A stretch of 64,000 nt of DNA, taken from a virus. The translations under genes and the position numbers were made by a program. This document shows, piece after piece, positions 46,876 to 56,552 of the stretch. Positions within the stretch are counted from its first letter, which is position 1. Every line of letters begins with the position of its first letter. The notes under the pieces were generated by a model. The model saw only the letters and a list, made by a program, of their open reading frames with translations, did not search any database and was not told where the DNA came from. The stretch lies in the IMG/VR virus record IMGVR_UViG_3300025425_001694; one strand, written 5' to 3'.

Positions 46876-47523
46876 ATGACTATTGAATTCACAGAAGAAA
46901 TGAAGACAAAATACATTGAGAAATACAAAGAAACGTATTCTGTATCAGAAGTATTGAGATCATTTGATAATGGAGTTGGAAGAAGTAGAGTAGTAAAGTT
47001 ATTAAAAGATGAAGGTATATACGAAGGGTTAACCGGCTCTAACTATCTCCGGAAGAAAGTTGAAAATAATGAAAAGATAATGACAGAGAGATACGGCGTT
47101 ATTAATTGGGGACAGACGAAAGAAGGCGGCTACAAAAAACAAAACAAAATACCATACCAAAAAATATCTTATTTAGATGATAAATACAGAGAATATAGAG
47201 CTGCGGTTGAAAAAGAAACAAAGAAGAATATAAAACATATAGACTTTCCAACATATTGTTATTATACTGGAATACAATTTGCAGACGAAGAAGGACTTGT
47301 TAATCCGAACGACCCAAGAAAGAGAAGTGTAGATCATAAGGTTCCGGTTATTATTTGTTATTTAAACGGTATATCAGTAGAGCAAGCAGGTAGTATAGAT
47401 AATCTTACTTTTGTTTTAAAATATGTAAATTCGGTTAAGTCTAACACAGAACACAAATCGTTTTTAGCGGTAGCGCATAAAATAAGAAAGGTTTTTATAA
47501 ATGAAGGTTATAAAAGTAATTAA
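46876..47523 (+). mobile_element. free-standing HNH-like homing endonuclease between the intein halves
   Basis: CYYTG...RSVDHKVP...NL......NSVKS; ERYGV.N repeat-like segment. Confidence 0.75.
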
Positions 47524-48673
47524 ACTAAAAGAGAAGTATGAGCAATATGATATTAGCACTACTTCCGAAAACTTTTATGTGCGAACAAACAATGGATACA
47601 TATTAATTCATAACTCGCCAGCTGTATTTGCTGGAATTGATCCTAGCGATGGTAAATTCTTTGTAGCTAAAAAGGGTATTTTTAATAAGAACCCAAAGCT
47701 ATATAAAACACACGCCGATATTGATGCTGATACTATTGGCAAGGCTGAATTAAACGCAAAATTAAAAATTGCACTCGACGAGTTTTCAAAGCTCGGAATT
47801 AAGGGTGTAGTACAAGGTGATTTTTTATATGAAAAAAGCGATATTAAAGAAGATAAGATTAATGGGGAATCGCATATTACTTTCCATCCTAATACGATTG
47901 TTTACGCTGTACCTAAATCGACTGCCCTTGCTAAAACAATACTCAAATCCAAAGTTGGAGTGGTCTGGCATACTGTATACCGAGGATCAAAACTTGAGGA
48001 AATGTCTGCAAGTTTTGGAGAAGAGATTGCAAGCGGTCTCAAAACAGTCCCGTCGGTCTGGTCAGTAGACGCAGTATTCAAAGATCAATCTGGCAACGCA
48101 ACATTTACCGCAAAAGAGACTGCTGATATTACAAAGGTAATATCTCAAATTGGTTCACTGTTTAGAACAATTCCAAAAAACACGTTTGATGCTTTAAAGC
48201 CAGGATCTCAGTATGATATTAATATGCGCCTCAATACTTACATCAATACAAAGGTTCGTGCCGGCGAAAGAATTGGTAGTCCAAAAACTTTTGTTAAAGG
48301 CTTTCAGAAATACTTAAGTGATTATTATGATAAAGAAATTGATAATAAAAAATCGCCAAAAGGTAAAGCAACCTGGCAAGCTAAAAAAGATAATGCCATG
48401 ATGTTTTTCAGTAAAGTTAAACCACGTGATTTAGAAAATCTTTTTACTATGTATAATTTAATCGTTGACGCAAAGCATACAATTATTCGTAAACTTGAAA
48501 ACGTTGATGGTTTAAAAACGCTACTCAAAACTAATAATGGTTATGAGGTTACAGGACAAGAAGGTTTTGTTGCTATTGACCGTTATGGTAAAAACGCACT
48601 AAAACTAGTCGACAGATTGCAATTTTCGTCAGCAAACTTTTCAGACAAGTATATTAAAGGATGGCAAAAATAA
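47501..48673 (+). CDS. 38-aa IntC plus C-extein of the KxDG ligase-like protein
   Basis: MKVIKVIK...YDISTTSENFY...LIHN|SPAVFAGIDP.DGKFFVAKKG, QGDFL, FHPNTIVY, EGFV, KLVDRLQFS. Confidence 0.92.
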   Translation: MKVIKVIKLKEKYEQYDISTTSENFYVRTNNGYILIHNSPAVFAGIDPSDGKFFVAKKGIFNKNPKLYKTHADIDADTIGKAELNAKLKIALDEFSKLGIKGVVQGDFLYEKSDIKEDKINGESHITFHPNTIVYAVPKSTALAKTILKSKVGVVWHTVYRGSKLEEMSASFGEEIASGLKTVPSVWSVDAVFKDQSGNATFTAKETADITKVISQIGSLFRTIPKNTFDALKPGSQYDINMRLNTYINTKVRAGERIGSPKTFVKGFQKYLSDYYDKEIDNKKSPKGKATWQAKKDNAMMFFSKVKPRDLENLFTMYNLIVDAKHTIIRKLENVDGLKTLLKTNNGYEVTGQEGFVAIDRYGKNALKLVDRLQFSSANFSDKYIKGWQK

Positions 48674-48818
48674 TGGCGATGTGGAACAAAAATTCATTGT
48701 TGACATACGTGAATACCGGCTATACCAAATAGGCAACTCTAATTTGCCTATTTTTTAACTTTCCTCTAATAAATATAATTGTTAATTAAAACAATAACCA
48801 TTATTAGGGGAAACTAAA

Positions 48819-49106
48819 ATGACTACAACAGTTAACTACTTACCGAAACAGATAGTAATCACCCCAGTCGTACAACTCTTTAAGGTTGTATTTAATGCAC
48901 TGGGGTCACTTCATAGGTCATATAAAAAAGCAAGAAAAGCTAGTGAAACTATTCAAGAACTGAATAGACTAAGCAATTCTGAACTGATGGATATTGGTCT
49001 TACACGGGGTGACATCTATTCTATTGCACATCAGTCTATGTCTGATTACTCAGATAAGATTAATACTAAAGTTGGTCCTAACCAAAACCTTAAGGGGTGG
49101 GTGTAA
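48819..49106 (+). CDS. DUF1127 (YjiS-like) small protein
   Basis: ELNRLSNSELMDIGLTRGDI. Confidence 0.85.
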   Translation: MTTTVNYLPKQIVITPVVQLFKVVFNALGSLHRSYKKARKASETIQELNRLSNSELMDIGLTRGDIYSIAHQSMSDYSDKINTKVGPNQNLKGWV

Positions 49107-49279
49107 TGACTGCAATAGCATATAACCTTATCGCCGGCCCGTTTGCTGGTCTGGGCAAAAAGATTATGACTAATCTAGAAATCATTGGATATGCCCGAGC
49201 AGCTGCTCATTTGGCAAACCACGGCTTTCACGAAGAAGCAAAAAAGTGCATGGAAGAATACTCTAAGTTGCGTAAGTAA
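49106..49279 (+). CDS. small hypothetical protein
   Basis: coupled TAATG start; GYARAAAHLANHG. Confidence 0.55.
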   Translation: MTAIAYNLIAGPFAGLGKKIMTNLEIIGYARAAAHLANHGFHEEAKKCMEEYSKLRK

Positions 49280-49359
49280 ATATAAATGCTAGCACCAAGA
49301 GAGCTGAATGACCAGATGAATTGAAAAAATAAATAATTTTTATAAACATTATAAATATT

Positions 49360-49387
49360 AGGGTAGTCGAAAGGCTACCCTTTTTTA
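49360..49387 (+). terminator. rho-independent terminator
   Basis: AGGGTAGTC-GAAA-GGCTACCCT-TTTTT. Confidence 0.75.
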
Positions 49388-49405
49388 TTAATATGGATTA
49401 ACAGA

Positions 49406-49942
49406 ATGAAAGAATGGTTTGAAGGAAAAACTGTTGCTGTAGTTGGAAACGCTGCATCTCTCATAGAAAAAAAATACGGTGAAGAAATAGACACTGCTGA
49501 TGCTGTTGTAAGAATAAACCGTGGCGGTTATAGGTTTCCGCAATTCGAAAAACAAATGGGTAAAAAACTCAACGTGTGGTGTGTGCAAAACATACGCCAA
49601 AATAAAAAGTGGATTCAAAATCCGTTAATAAAATCGGCTCATATAATGCAAATGGATACGATAGATATATCTCCACAGTTTATAGAAATGGCTGATATGG
49701 TGTTTACCAAAAAAGATAGACATGCGTTAGATAAAAGCTTGCCAAAGAAATCTTCTACAGGTCTTAGGGTTCTTTATTATATAGCCAAACACAATCCAGA
49801 AAAAGTTTTTGTATATGGCTTTGATTGGAAAGAAACGTATTCTTGGCATGAAAAAAGAAAATGTATAGCACACAACTTTGAGGAAGAAAAGAAGTATTGC
49901 TATGATAACTTTTTTAATAACCAATTTGAATTAAGGAATTGA
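49406..49942 (+). CDS. GT29 (sialyltransferase-like) glycosyltransferase 1
   Basis: sialylmotif L-like VAVVGN...GEEIDTADAVVRIN; S-like SSTG...VYGFD; VS-like HNFEEE. Confidence 0.75.
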   Translation: MKEWFEGKTVAVVGNAASLIEKKYGEEIDTADAVVRINRGGYRFPQFEKQMGKKLNVWCVQNIRQNKKWIQNPLIKSAHIMQMDTIDISPQFIEMADMVFTKKDRHALDKSLPKKSSTGLRVLYYIAKHNPEKVFVYGFDWKETYSWHEKRKCIAHNFEEEKKYCYDNFFNNQFELRN

Positions 49943-49943
49943 A

Positions 49944-50996
49944 ATGAACTTTTTCGTGGCATCATCTTCAAAGGCTACTGCGCATATAGCAGAAGTATTG
50001 TGCTCGCCAAGAATTAAGTATTTCTCTGAAAATACTACTATACCAAAGCATGTAATGCCAAAGGACTTTAAACACCACTTTGATAATTCTGATGCTTTAA
50101 TACTCAACGGTACATGGGGTTCCAAACTAAGAAAGAAATTGTATTTGCCAAAGTGCGAGAATGGAGTCTGGAAAGATGGGAATATTCCTAGACACATTTA
50201 CAAGGGAAACAAACTACCTGACAAAAGCAGATTTGCAATATTGGATTACATTAATTCAGAACTAGTGCTACTTGCGCGGAAACAGAAAAAGCCGATTATC
50301 GTTTTAGAGAGTGCAACTATTTCTCGAGCCGAAAAGAATTATGCTAAAGATTACGATCATAAAAATTTTGTAAGGATTAGCTTGGACAATTGGTCATACG
50401 GTGACGGCAAATGGTTGGATGAAAACAATGTGGACAACATAAGAACTGTAAATGCATCGCGTCTTTATAATCACCAATGGAAATCAGAGAAAGAAGGTAG
50501 CATATACATATTTACCGGTCTTGAGACAGACCCAACTAGTACCATGCCAATCGAACAATTTATCACAAGTTCTATAAAAAAAATAAGAAACCATACAAAT
50601 AAAAGAATATGTATAAAAGTACATCCTGGCTCAAAAAATAATAAAGCAATCGGACTCAAGTTAAAAAACTACGAGAACGTAGATTTAATAGAAAAACGTG
50701 TTCCTATTCAAAACTTCTATCAGGACATGTACTGCGCAGTGATAGACAATTCAACGAGCATCTTTGAACTAATAGACGCAGGAATACCAACTTTCTGCTC
50801 AGACACAAACTTTGGATCTTTATTACATAACACAGATCTAAATAATATATGCGATCCCTACTTCGCGACTCAAAAAGAAATACTTAACTGGACCAATAAA
50901 ATGTCCTGCACTGAATTTACTAAAAAAGACATCAGTTCACCAAACATAGTGCATATACTCGAAAAGCTAGTAAGGAAGAATAAGGAATTCAAATGA
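49944..50996 (+). CDS. KpsC/KpsS-like capsule-synthesis glycosyltransferase
   Basis: IKVHP, NSTSIFELIDAGIPTF. Confidence 0.55.
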   Translation: MNFFVASSSKATAHIAEVLCSPRIKYFSENTTIPKHVMPKDFKHHFDNSDALILNGTWGSKLRKKLYLPKCENGVWKDGNIPRHIYKGNKLPDKSRFAILDYINSELVLLARKQKKPIIVLESATISRAEKNYAKDYDHKNFVRISLDNWSYGDGKWLDENNVDNIRTVNASRLYNHQWKSEKEGSIYIFTGLETDPTSTMPIEQFITSSIKKIRNHTNKRICIKVHPGSKNNKAIGLKLKNYENVDLIEKRVPIQNFYQDMYCAVIDNSTSIFELIDAGIPTFCSDTNFGSLLHNTDLNNICDPYFATQKEILNWTNKMSCTEFTKKDISSPNIVHILEKLVRKNKEFK

Positions 50997-51784
50997 AAAA
51001 AATAAATGCAGTAACTTGTTTTAGTCTAAAAGGTTGGAGAGAGACTGGTGGTCTATTAGTAAATGGCTTTATTAAATATTGGCCTAAAGAAACAACTCTT
51101 ACCGTGTACGTTGATGATCCAATTCCAAAGAAGGATCTAATACGCGACCCTAGAGTAAAGTACGAGATACTCAATCACAAAGATCTTTTGGCGTTTAAAA
51201 ATAGACACAAGAATAATACAGAAGCAAACGGAGGTGGCAAGTATTTAGTGAAGGGTGCTAAAAACTATAAGTACGATGCTGTTCGTTTTAGTCATAAGGT
51301 GTTTACTCTGTTTCAATTTCTAGAAACAAATGACACCGACATTCTTATATGGCTTGACGGTGATAGTAGAACACATTCGCCTGTTAGTATAAATAATATT
51401 AACAGTTGGTTGCCAACAGGTAAATTTGCTGGGTATCTTGCTCGTCCTTGGATGTATACAGAAACAGGGTTCCATATTTTTGACGTAAAGCACAAAATAG
51501 CAAATGATTTTTTAAATATGTGGAAGCAATATTATTTAGACGATAGCATTTTTCAATTAACAATGTGGACTGATTGCCATACGTACGACGCTGCTAAAAC
51601 TCACTTTGAAGATTTGCATTGGTTTAATCTTAGTCCTCCTGTTAAAAACAACCACCCTTTTATTAATGGCCCGCTTGGCGAATTCATGGATCATATGAAG
51701 GGTCCTCGTAAAGCAAAAGGTACAAGTCATAAAAAAGATTTGGTAGTTCGAAGAAAAAATACTTATTGGGATAACGTAAAATGA
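50993..51784 (+). CDS. GT-A fold glycosyltransferase
   Basis: DAVRFSHKV, LIWLDGD, ETGF, WTDC, DHMKG. Confidence 0.65.
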   Translation: MKKINAVTCFSLKGWRETGGLLVNGFIKYWPKETTLTVYVDDPIPKKDLIRDPRVKYEILNHKDLLAFKNRHKNNTEANGGGKYLVKGAKNYKYDAVRFSHKVFTLFQFLETNDTDILIWLDGDSRTHSPVSINNINSWLPTGKFAGYLARPWMYTETGFHIFDVKHKIANDFLNMWKQYYLDDSIFQLTMWTDCHTYDAAKTHFEDLHWFNLSPPVKNNHPFINGPLGEFMDHMKGPRKAKGTSHKKDLVVRRKNTYWDNVK

Positions 51785-52668
51785 TATATTCTTTTATGTC
51801 AGGCAAAGGAGAACAAGATCTTTATGTAAGGCATTTTGGTGCTTCTGTCGGTGCAAAGCTGGTTTGGACAAAACATTTTTTTACAAAAACACAAGGTAAC
51901 AGTCAAGTACCGGGCAGTATTAGAAAACGGCCGCTACCACAGAACGTAACTGGAATTATATTTGCAGGCATGCTCCGTGGAAACGCGCATTTATTTCAAT
52001 TGGCGAAGCAATATAATATTGATTTTTATTACATTGATCATGCGTATTTTAACTCAGGATATAAAAATCCACACTGGATGCGGATTATAAAAAACGGATT
52101 TGCTCAGAACGCAATCATTTCTCAAAGAGATAATAACAGATACAAATCCAACTTTAACACAGATTTTAAAGACTATAGTTTTAAAGACAAAAAAAATATT
52201 GTTGTCCTTCCGCCTAGCAACGTTGTTTCAAAAGTTTTCGACAAAGGCGCTTGGGAGGAAGATGTAATTACTACGTTAAGAAAACATACAGATCGTCCTA
52301 TTGTTATAAGAAAAAAAGTTGGTACTAACATTGACAAGTTATTATATAGTCCGATTAAACAAAAAAACAAAATTGTATATGCAACATCTTTAGAAGAAGA
52401 ACTCGAAAATGCATACTGTGTTGTTGCATTTAATAGCTCAGTAGCATTAGACGCATTAAGATTAGGAATTCCAGTTATATGCGACAAGTTTTGCCCAGCA
52501 TATCCATTATCGCATTCTCTTTCTCAAATTGAAAATTTGCAGGAAAAAAGTAGAAAGCAATTATTTAATAGCCTAGCTTGTGGTCAATTTACATTAGAAG
52601 AAGCTAGAAATATTAAAACATTTAACTATATTAACACAATTAGACAATGGAGTGGAAAGTTCCCATGA
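51781..52668 (+). CDS. KpsC/KpsS-like capsule-synthesis glycosyltransferase
   Basis: YIDHAYF, TDRPIVIR, VVAFNSSVALDALRLGIPV. Confidence 0.6.
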   Translation: MIYSFMSGKGEQDLYVRHFGASVGAKLVWTKHFFTKTQGNSQVPGSIRKRPLPQNVTGIIFAGMLRGNAHLFQLAKQYNIDFYYIDHAYFNSGYKNPHWMRIIKNGFAQNAIISQRDNNRYKSNFNTDFKDYSFKDKKNIVVLPPSNVVSKVFDKGAWEEDVITTLRKHTDRPIVIRKKVGTNIDKLLYSPIKQKNKIVYATSLEEELENAYCVVAFNSSVALDALRLGIPVICDKFCPAYPLSHSLSQIENLQEKSRKQLFNSLACGQFTLEEARNIKTFNYINTIRQWSGKFP

Positions 52669-53825
52669 AATACAGATTAGCGAATGATACCTGGGGTAAA
52701 GAGGAAATTGGCGCAATACAAAGGGTTATAGATAGCGGCCGCTATACTATGGGTGAAGAAGTAAAAAAATATGAAAAACAATTCGCTGAGTTTTTTGGAA
52801 GTAAATATGCTGTAATGACAAATAGCGGAAGTAGTGCTAATTTAATTACAATTGCTACACTAGCTTTAAATCCAAAATACAAAAACAAAGGAAATATAAT
52901 AGTCCCGGCTGTTAGCTGGAGTACAACATATTTTCCTGTTCATCAGTGGGGATATAAATTAAGATTTGTTGATGTAGATCCAAATACTTTTAATATAGAC
53001 CCTAAGAAGGTAGAAGAAGCTATAGATGAAGACACTGCTGCTGTTTTTGCAGTTAATCTATTAGGAAATCCAGCACATCTCAATGACTTAAAAAACATAT
53101 GCGAAAAAAATAATATTACACTCCTAGAAGATAATTGCGAAAGCTTGGGCGCAATTGAATACGGAAAGCACTGTGGATCAGTTGGTGAAATGGGAACGTT
53201 TAGTTTCTTTTTTAGTCATCATATGCAAACCATGGAAGGTGGAATGGTTCTTACAAATGATGATATTACTTACGAGTATTTAAAAAGTTTAAGAGCACAC
53301 GGTTGGATCCGTGACATGTCTGACGATAGCCCGTTATATGAAAAATCTGGAGATCCTTTTGAAGATAGTTTTAAATTTATATTACCAGGATATTGCGTAA
53401 GGCCGCTAGAAATGAGTGGTGCTATTGGTCAAGTACAACTCGCTAAATGGCCAAGTATGATGGAAGGTCGTAGAAAAAACGCAGTTGAAGCTAAACGAAT
53501 ATTTGCCGATGTTCCTAATATAAGACTTCAGCAAGAACACGAAGTTAGTAGTTGGTTTGGTTTTGGTCTAGTGTTAGAAGGATCTTTGGCAGGAAACAGG
53601 AAAAAGGTAATAGCCGAATTAACAAAACACGGCGTAGAAACCCGCCCGATTGTAGCAGGAAACTTTATGCGAAATCCTGTTATAGACAGATTAAATTGGG
53701 ATAGCGTTGGAGATTTTACTGGAACTGATAAATTACATTTTGATGGTTTTTTCGTTGGTAACGATTGTGTAGATCTTTCTGATAATATACAAATGGCGGC
53801 AGACGCAATAAGGAATATAAAATGA
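52665..53825 (+). CDS. colD: DegT-family PLP enzyme, ColD-like GDP-4-keto-6-deoxymannose 3-dehydratase
   Basis: NSGSSANL, EDNCESLG, FSFFFSHHMQTMEGG (His in place of the Schiff-base Lys). Confidence 0.8.
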   Translation: MKYRLANDTWGKEEIGAIQRVIDSGRYTMGEEVKKYEKQFAEFFGSKYAVMTNSGSSANLITIATLALNPKYKNKGNIIVPAVSWSTTYFPVHQWGYKLRFVDVDPNTFNIDPKKVEEAIDEDTAAVFAVNLLGNPAHLNDLKNICEKNNITLLEDNCESLGAIEYGKHCGSVGEMGTFSFFFSHHMQTMEGGMVLTNDDITYEYLKSLRAHGWIRDMSDDSPLYEKSGDPFEDSFKFILPGYCVRPLEMSGAIGQVQLAKWPSMMEGRRKNAVEAKRIFADVPNIRLQQEHEVSSWFGFGLVLEGSLAGNRKKVIAELTKHGVETRPIVAGNFMRNPVIDRLNWDSVGDFTGTDKLHFDGFFVGNDCVDLSDNIQMAADAIRNIK

Positions 53826-54823
53826 AAACTGCTCTGATTACTGGCTTCCCAGGACAGGATGCATGCTATCTTGCCGATCTTCTTTTAGAAAAAGGTTATA
53901 TCGTATATGGATTAGTAAAAAGATATACGAGTCCAAATTGGTCAAATATTGAATATTTAAATTTATTCGAAAGAGGTCTTAAAACCATCATCGGGGATGT
54001 TACAGACCCCTGTAGTATGATGGATGCAATGGAAATAGCGAAACCTAACGAATTTTATAACCTTGCAGCTCAAAGCTTTGTTGGTGGTTCTTGGAGATTA
54101 GCTTATGTAACTACACATGTTGACGCTATCGGCCCACTTAATTGTCTTGAAGCTATTCGGCGAATTAAACCTGATACTAAATTTTATCAGGCTGGTACAA
54201 GTGAAATGTTTGGAAATAGTAATGTAAACGGAAGACAAACAGAAAAGACACCGTTTGAACCAGCAAGTCCGTATGGAATAGCAAAACTATATGGTTACCA
54301 TATAACAAAAAATTACCGCGAAAGTTATAACGCGTTTGCATGCACAGGTATACTTTTTAATCATGAATCTTCGATACGTGGAATTGAATTTGTTTCAAGG
54401 AAAATCACGAACGGTGTAGCAAAAATAGTGTTAGGGAAATCTGATAAAATTGTATTAGGAAATCTTGACGCTGAAAGAGATTGGGGTCATGCCAAAGATT
54501 ACGTGAGAGCCCAGTGGCTTATGCTTCAAGAAGACAAACCTGATGATTTTATTATCGCAACTGGTATTAAACACAGTGTACGTGATCTATGCAAGATAGC
54601 TTTCGAAACGGCAGGAATATCAGATTGGGAACAGTATGTTAAATCCGACAAAGAATTTGAAAGACCAAATGAATTGCACAGTTTACATGCTGATTCAAAT
54701 AAAGCAAAAAACATATTGAACTGGGAACCAGAATATACGTTTGAAAAAATGATATCTGAAATGGTTGAAGATGATATATCTAGACACAAAATTTTAAACG
54801 TTAGTGGCACTTTTAAATTATGA
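53822..54823 (+). CDS. gmd: GDP-mannose 4,6-dehydratase
   Basis: ITGFPGQDA.YLA, YNLAAQS, SPYGIAK, LFNHES, RDWGHAKDYV. Confidence 0.93.
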   Translation: MKTALITGFPGQDACYLADLLLEKGYIVYGLVKRYTSPNWSNIEYLNLFERGLKTIIGDVTDPCSMMDAMEIAKPNEFYNLAAQSFVGGSWRLAYVTTHVDAIGPLNCLEAIRRIKPDTKFYQAGTSEMFGNSNVNGRQTEKTPFEPASPYGIAKLYGYHITKNYRESYNAFACTGILFNHESSIRGIEFVSRKITNGVAKIVLGKSDKIVLGNLDAERDWGHAKDYVRAQWLMLQEDKPDDFIIATGIKHSVRDLCKIAFETAGISDWEQYVKSDKEFERPNELHSLHADSNKAKNILNWEPEYTFEKMISEMVEDDISRHKILNVSGTFKL

Positions 54824-55359
54824 AAATAGTAATCACTGGCCATACAAGTGGTCTTGGAAAAACATTATATGAAACTCTTTCAAAAAAGCATGAAGTTGTA
54901 GGATTAAGCCGAGCAACTGGTAACGATTTAAACGACGGCGTTAATTCTTTCTTAATAAATGATTTTGATTTATATATTAATAATGCGCATTGTAAATACT
55001 TTCAATCAGATCTTTTATACGAGTTGTTTAATCGGAATAAATATAGAAAATGCGCAATAATTAATATTGGAAGTGTAAGCGCAGACGGCAATAAAGATAT
55101 GGTAAATGAATACGCTATTCATAAAGCCTCGCTTGAAAAAGCATGTTTGCAATTACAACTTATCGATTCTGATTGTAAAATAATTCATATGAAGCTAGGG
55201 AGAATGAATACTCCTATGACTGAGCACAGAAAAGAATATCCTAGGATGAATACTGATTACATAACTAGTACTATTGAATGGATTATGAGTCAACCAAAAG
55301 AAATAATAATAAAAAATTTGACACTAGATATAATGCATAGTAGAAGGAAACTTGTATAA
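54820..55359 (+). CDS. short-chain dehydrogenase/reductase
   Basis: TGHTSGLG, NNA, NIGS, YAIHK. Confidence 0.8.
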   Translation: MKIVITGHTSGLGKTLYETLSKKHEVVGLSRATGNDLNDGVNSFLINDFDLYINNAHCKYFQSDLLYELFNRNKYRKCAIINIGSVSADGNKDMVNEYAIHKASLEKACLQLQLIDSDCKIIHMKLGRMNTPMTEHRKEYPRMNTDYITSTIEWIMSQPKEIIIKNLTLDIMHSRRKLV

Positions 55360-56036
55360 TGATACCAATTTTTATGGGATACGATAAAAGAGAAGCAACA
55401 GCATATCATGTTTGTGCTAATTCTATTATTCGGCATGCAACATCTCCAATAAGTTTAAATCCTTTATCACTTAATCTTTTAAATGGTTACGAGGAAAAAC
55501 ATTCAGATGGTAGTAATCATTTTATATACAGCCGGTTTCTTATTCCACATTTGATGGAATATAAAGGATGGGCTATTTTTATTGACGGAGATATGATATT
55601 ACGCGATGACATATCAAAACTTTGGGAAATGCGAGACGAATCAAAAGCAGTTATGGTAGTAAAGCATGACTATAAAACCAAAATGTCTGAAAAATATTTA
55701 GGATCAAAAAACGAAGATTACCCTCGCAAAAATTGGTCAAGTGTAATTTTATGGAACTGTGAGCATCCTGAAAATAGAATTGTTACTACAGATTTTGTTT
55801 CAAATGCAACAGGGGCGCAAGTTCATAGGTTTACATGGTTAGAAGATAATTTAATCGGTGAATTGCCTATTGAATGGAATTGGCTACCAGACGAGTTTGG
55901 GCCAAATGAAGATGCCAAATTATTACATTATACTTTAGGAACACCGTGTTTTCATGATTTTGCTGATTCTCCAATGGCTGATGAATGGCACCGGGAAAGA
56001 ATATATATGGACTATAGTCAACAACACGGGTTATGA
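55359..56036 (+). CDS. GT8-like glycosyltransferase
   Basis: SRFLIP, FIDGDM, YPRKNWSS, EWN, LHYTLG. Confidence 0.75.
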   Translation: MIPIFMGYDKREATAYHVCANSIIRHATSPISLNPLSLNLLNGYEEKHSDGSNHFIYSRFLIPHLMEYKGWAIFIDGDMILRDDISKLWEMRDESKAVMVVKHDYKTKMSEKYLGSKNEDYPRKNWSSVILWNCEHPENRIVTTDFVSNATGAQVHRFTWLEDNLIGELPIEWNWLPDEFGPNEDAKLLHYTLGTPCFHDFADSPMADEWHRERIYMDYSQQHGL

Positions 56037-56042
56037 TATATT

Positions 56043-56552
56043 ATGAAAGAAGTATTTGAAGGTAAAACAATTTCTATTGTTGGAAATGCAAGAAGTTTGT
56101 TTGATAAAAAATACGGAAATGAAATAGATAACCATGATGTAGTTTGTAGAATTAAAAGAGGATTTTTCCTGCTAAAACCATCTGATGTTATTTCACACGG
56201 TACAAAAACAGACGTTTGGTTTTTAAATTGGTTTAAAACTATGAACCCCAATAAAGTTACCAACAAAACGTGTGATAATATTATTGAAATTCTGTATCAT
56301 CCTGAAATAAATGAAAAATGGTTAGTAAAAGATTTGGGTCATCATCGCCCATCAACTGGACTAAGAATATTACATTTAATATCTTTGTACAAACCAAAGA
56401 CTGTAAATGTTTACGGTTTTGATTGGAAAAAGACGCCGTCGTTTCATGATAAAAAAATGATTGACGAAAGGCACAACTTTGCGTTAGAAAAAGACTATTG
56501 TCGTATACGGTTTTTTGAAAAACAAAAAGAGGTTTTTAAATTAATAAAATGA
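56043..56552 (+). CDS. GT29-like glycosyltransferase 2
   Basis: IVGN...GNEIDNHDVVCRI, PSTG, YGFD, HNFALE. Confidence 0.75.
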   Translation: MKEVFEGKTISIVGNARSLFDKKYGNEIDNHDVVCRIKRGFFLLKPSDVISHGTKTDVWFLNWFKTMNPNKVTNKTCDNIIEILYHPEINEKWLVKDLGHHRPSTGLRILHLISLYKPKTVNVYGFDWKKTPSFHDKKMIDERHNFALEKDYCRIRFFEKQKEVFKLIK

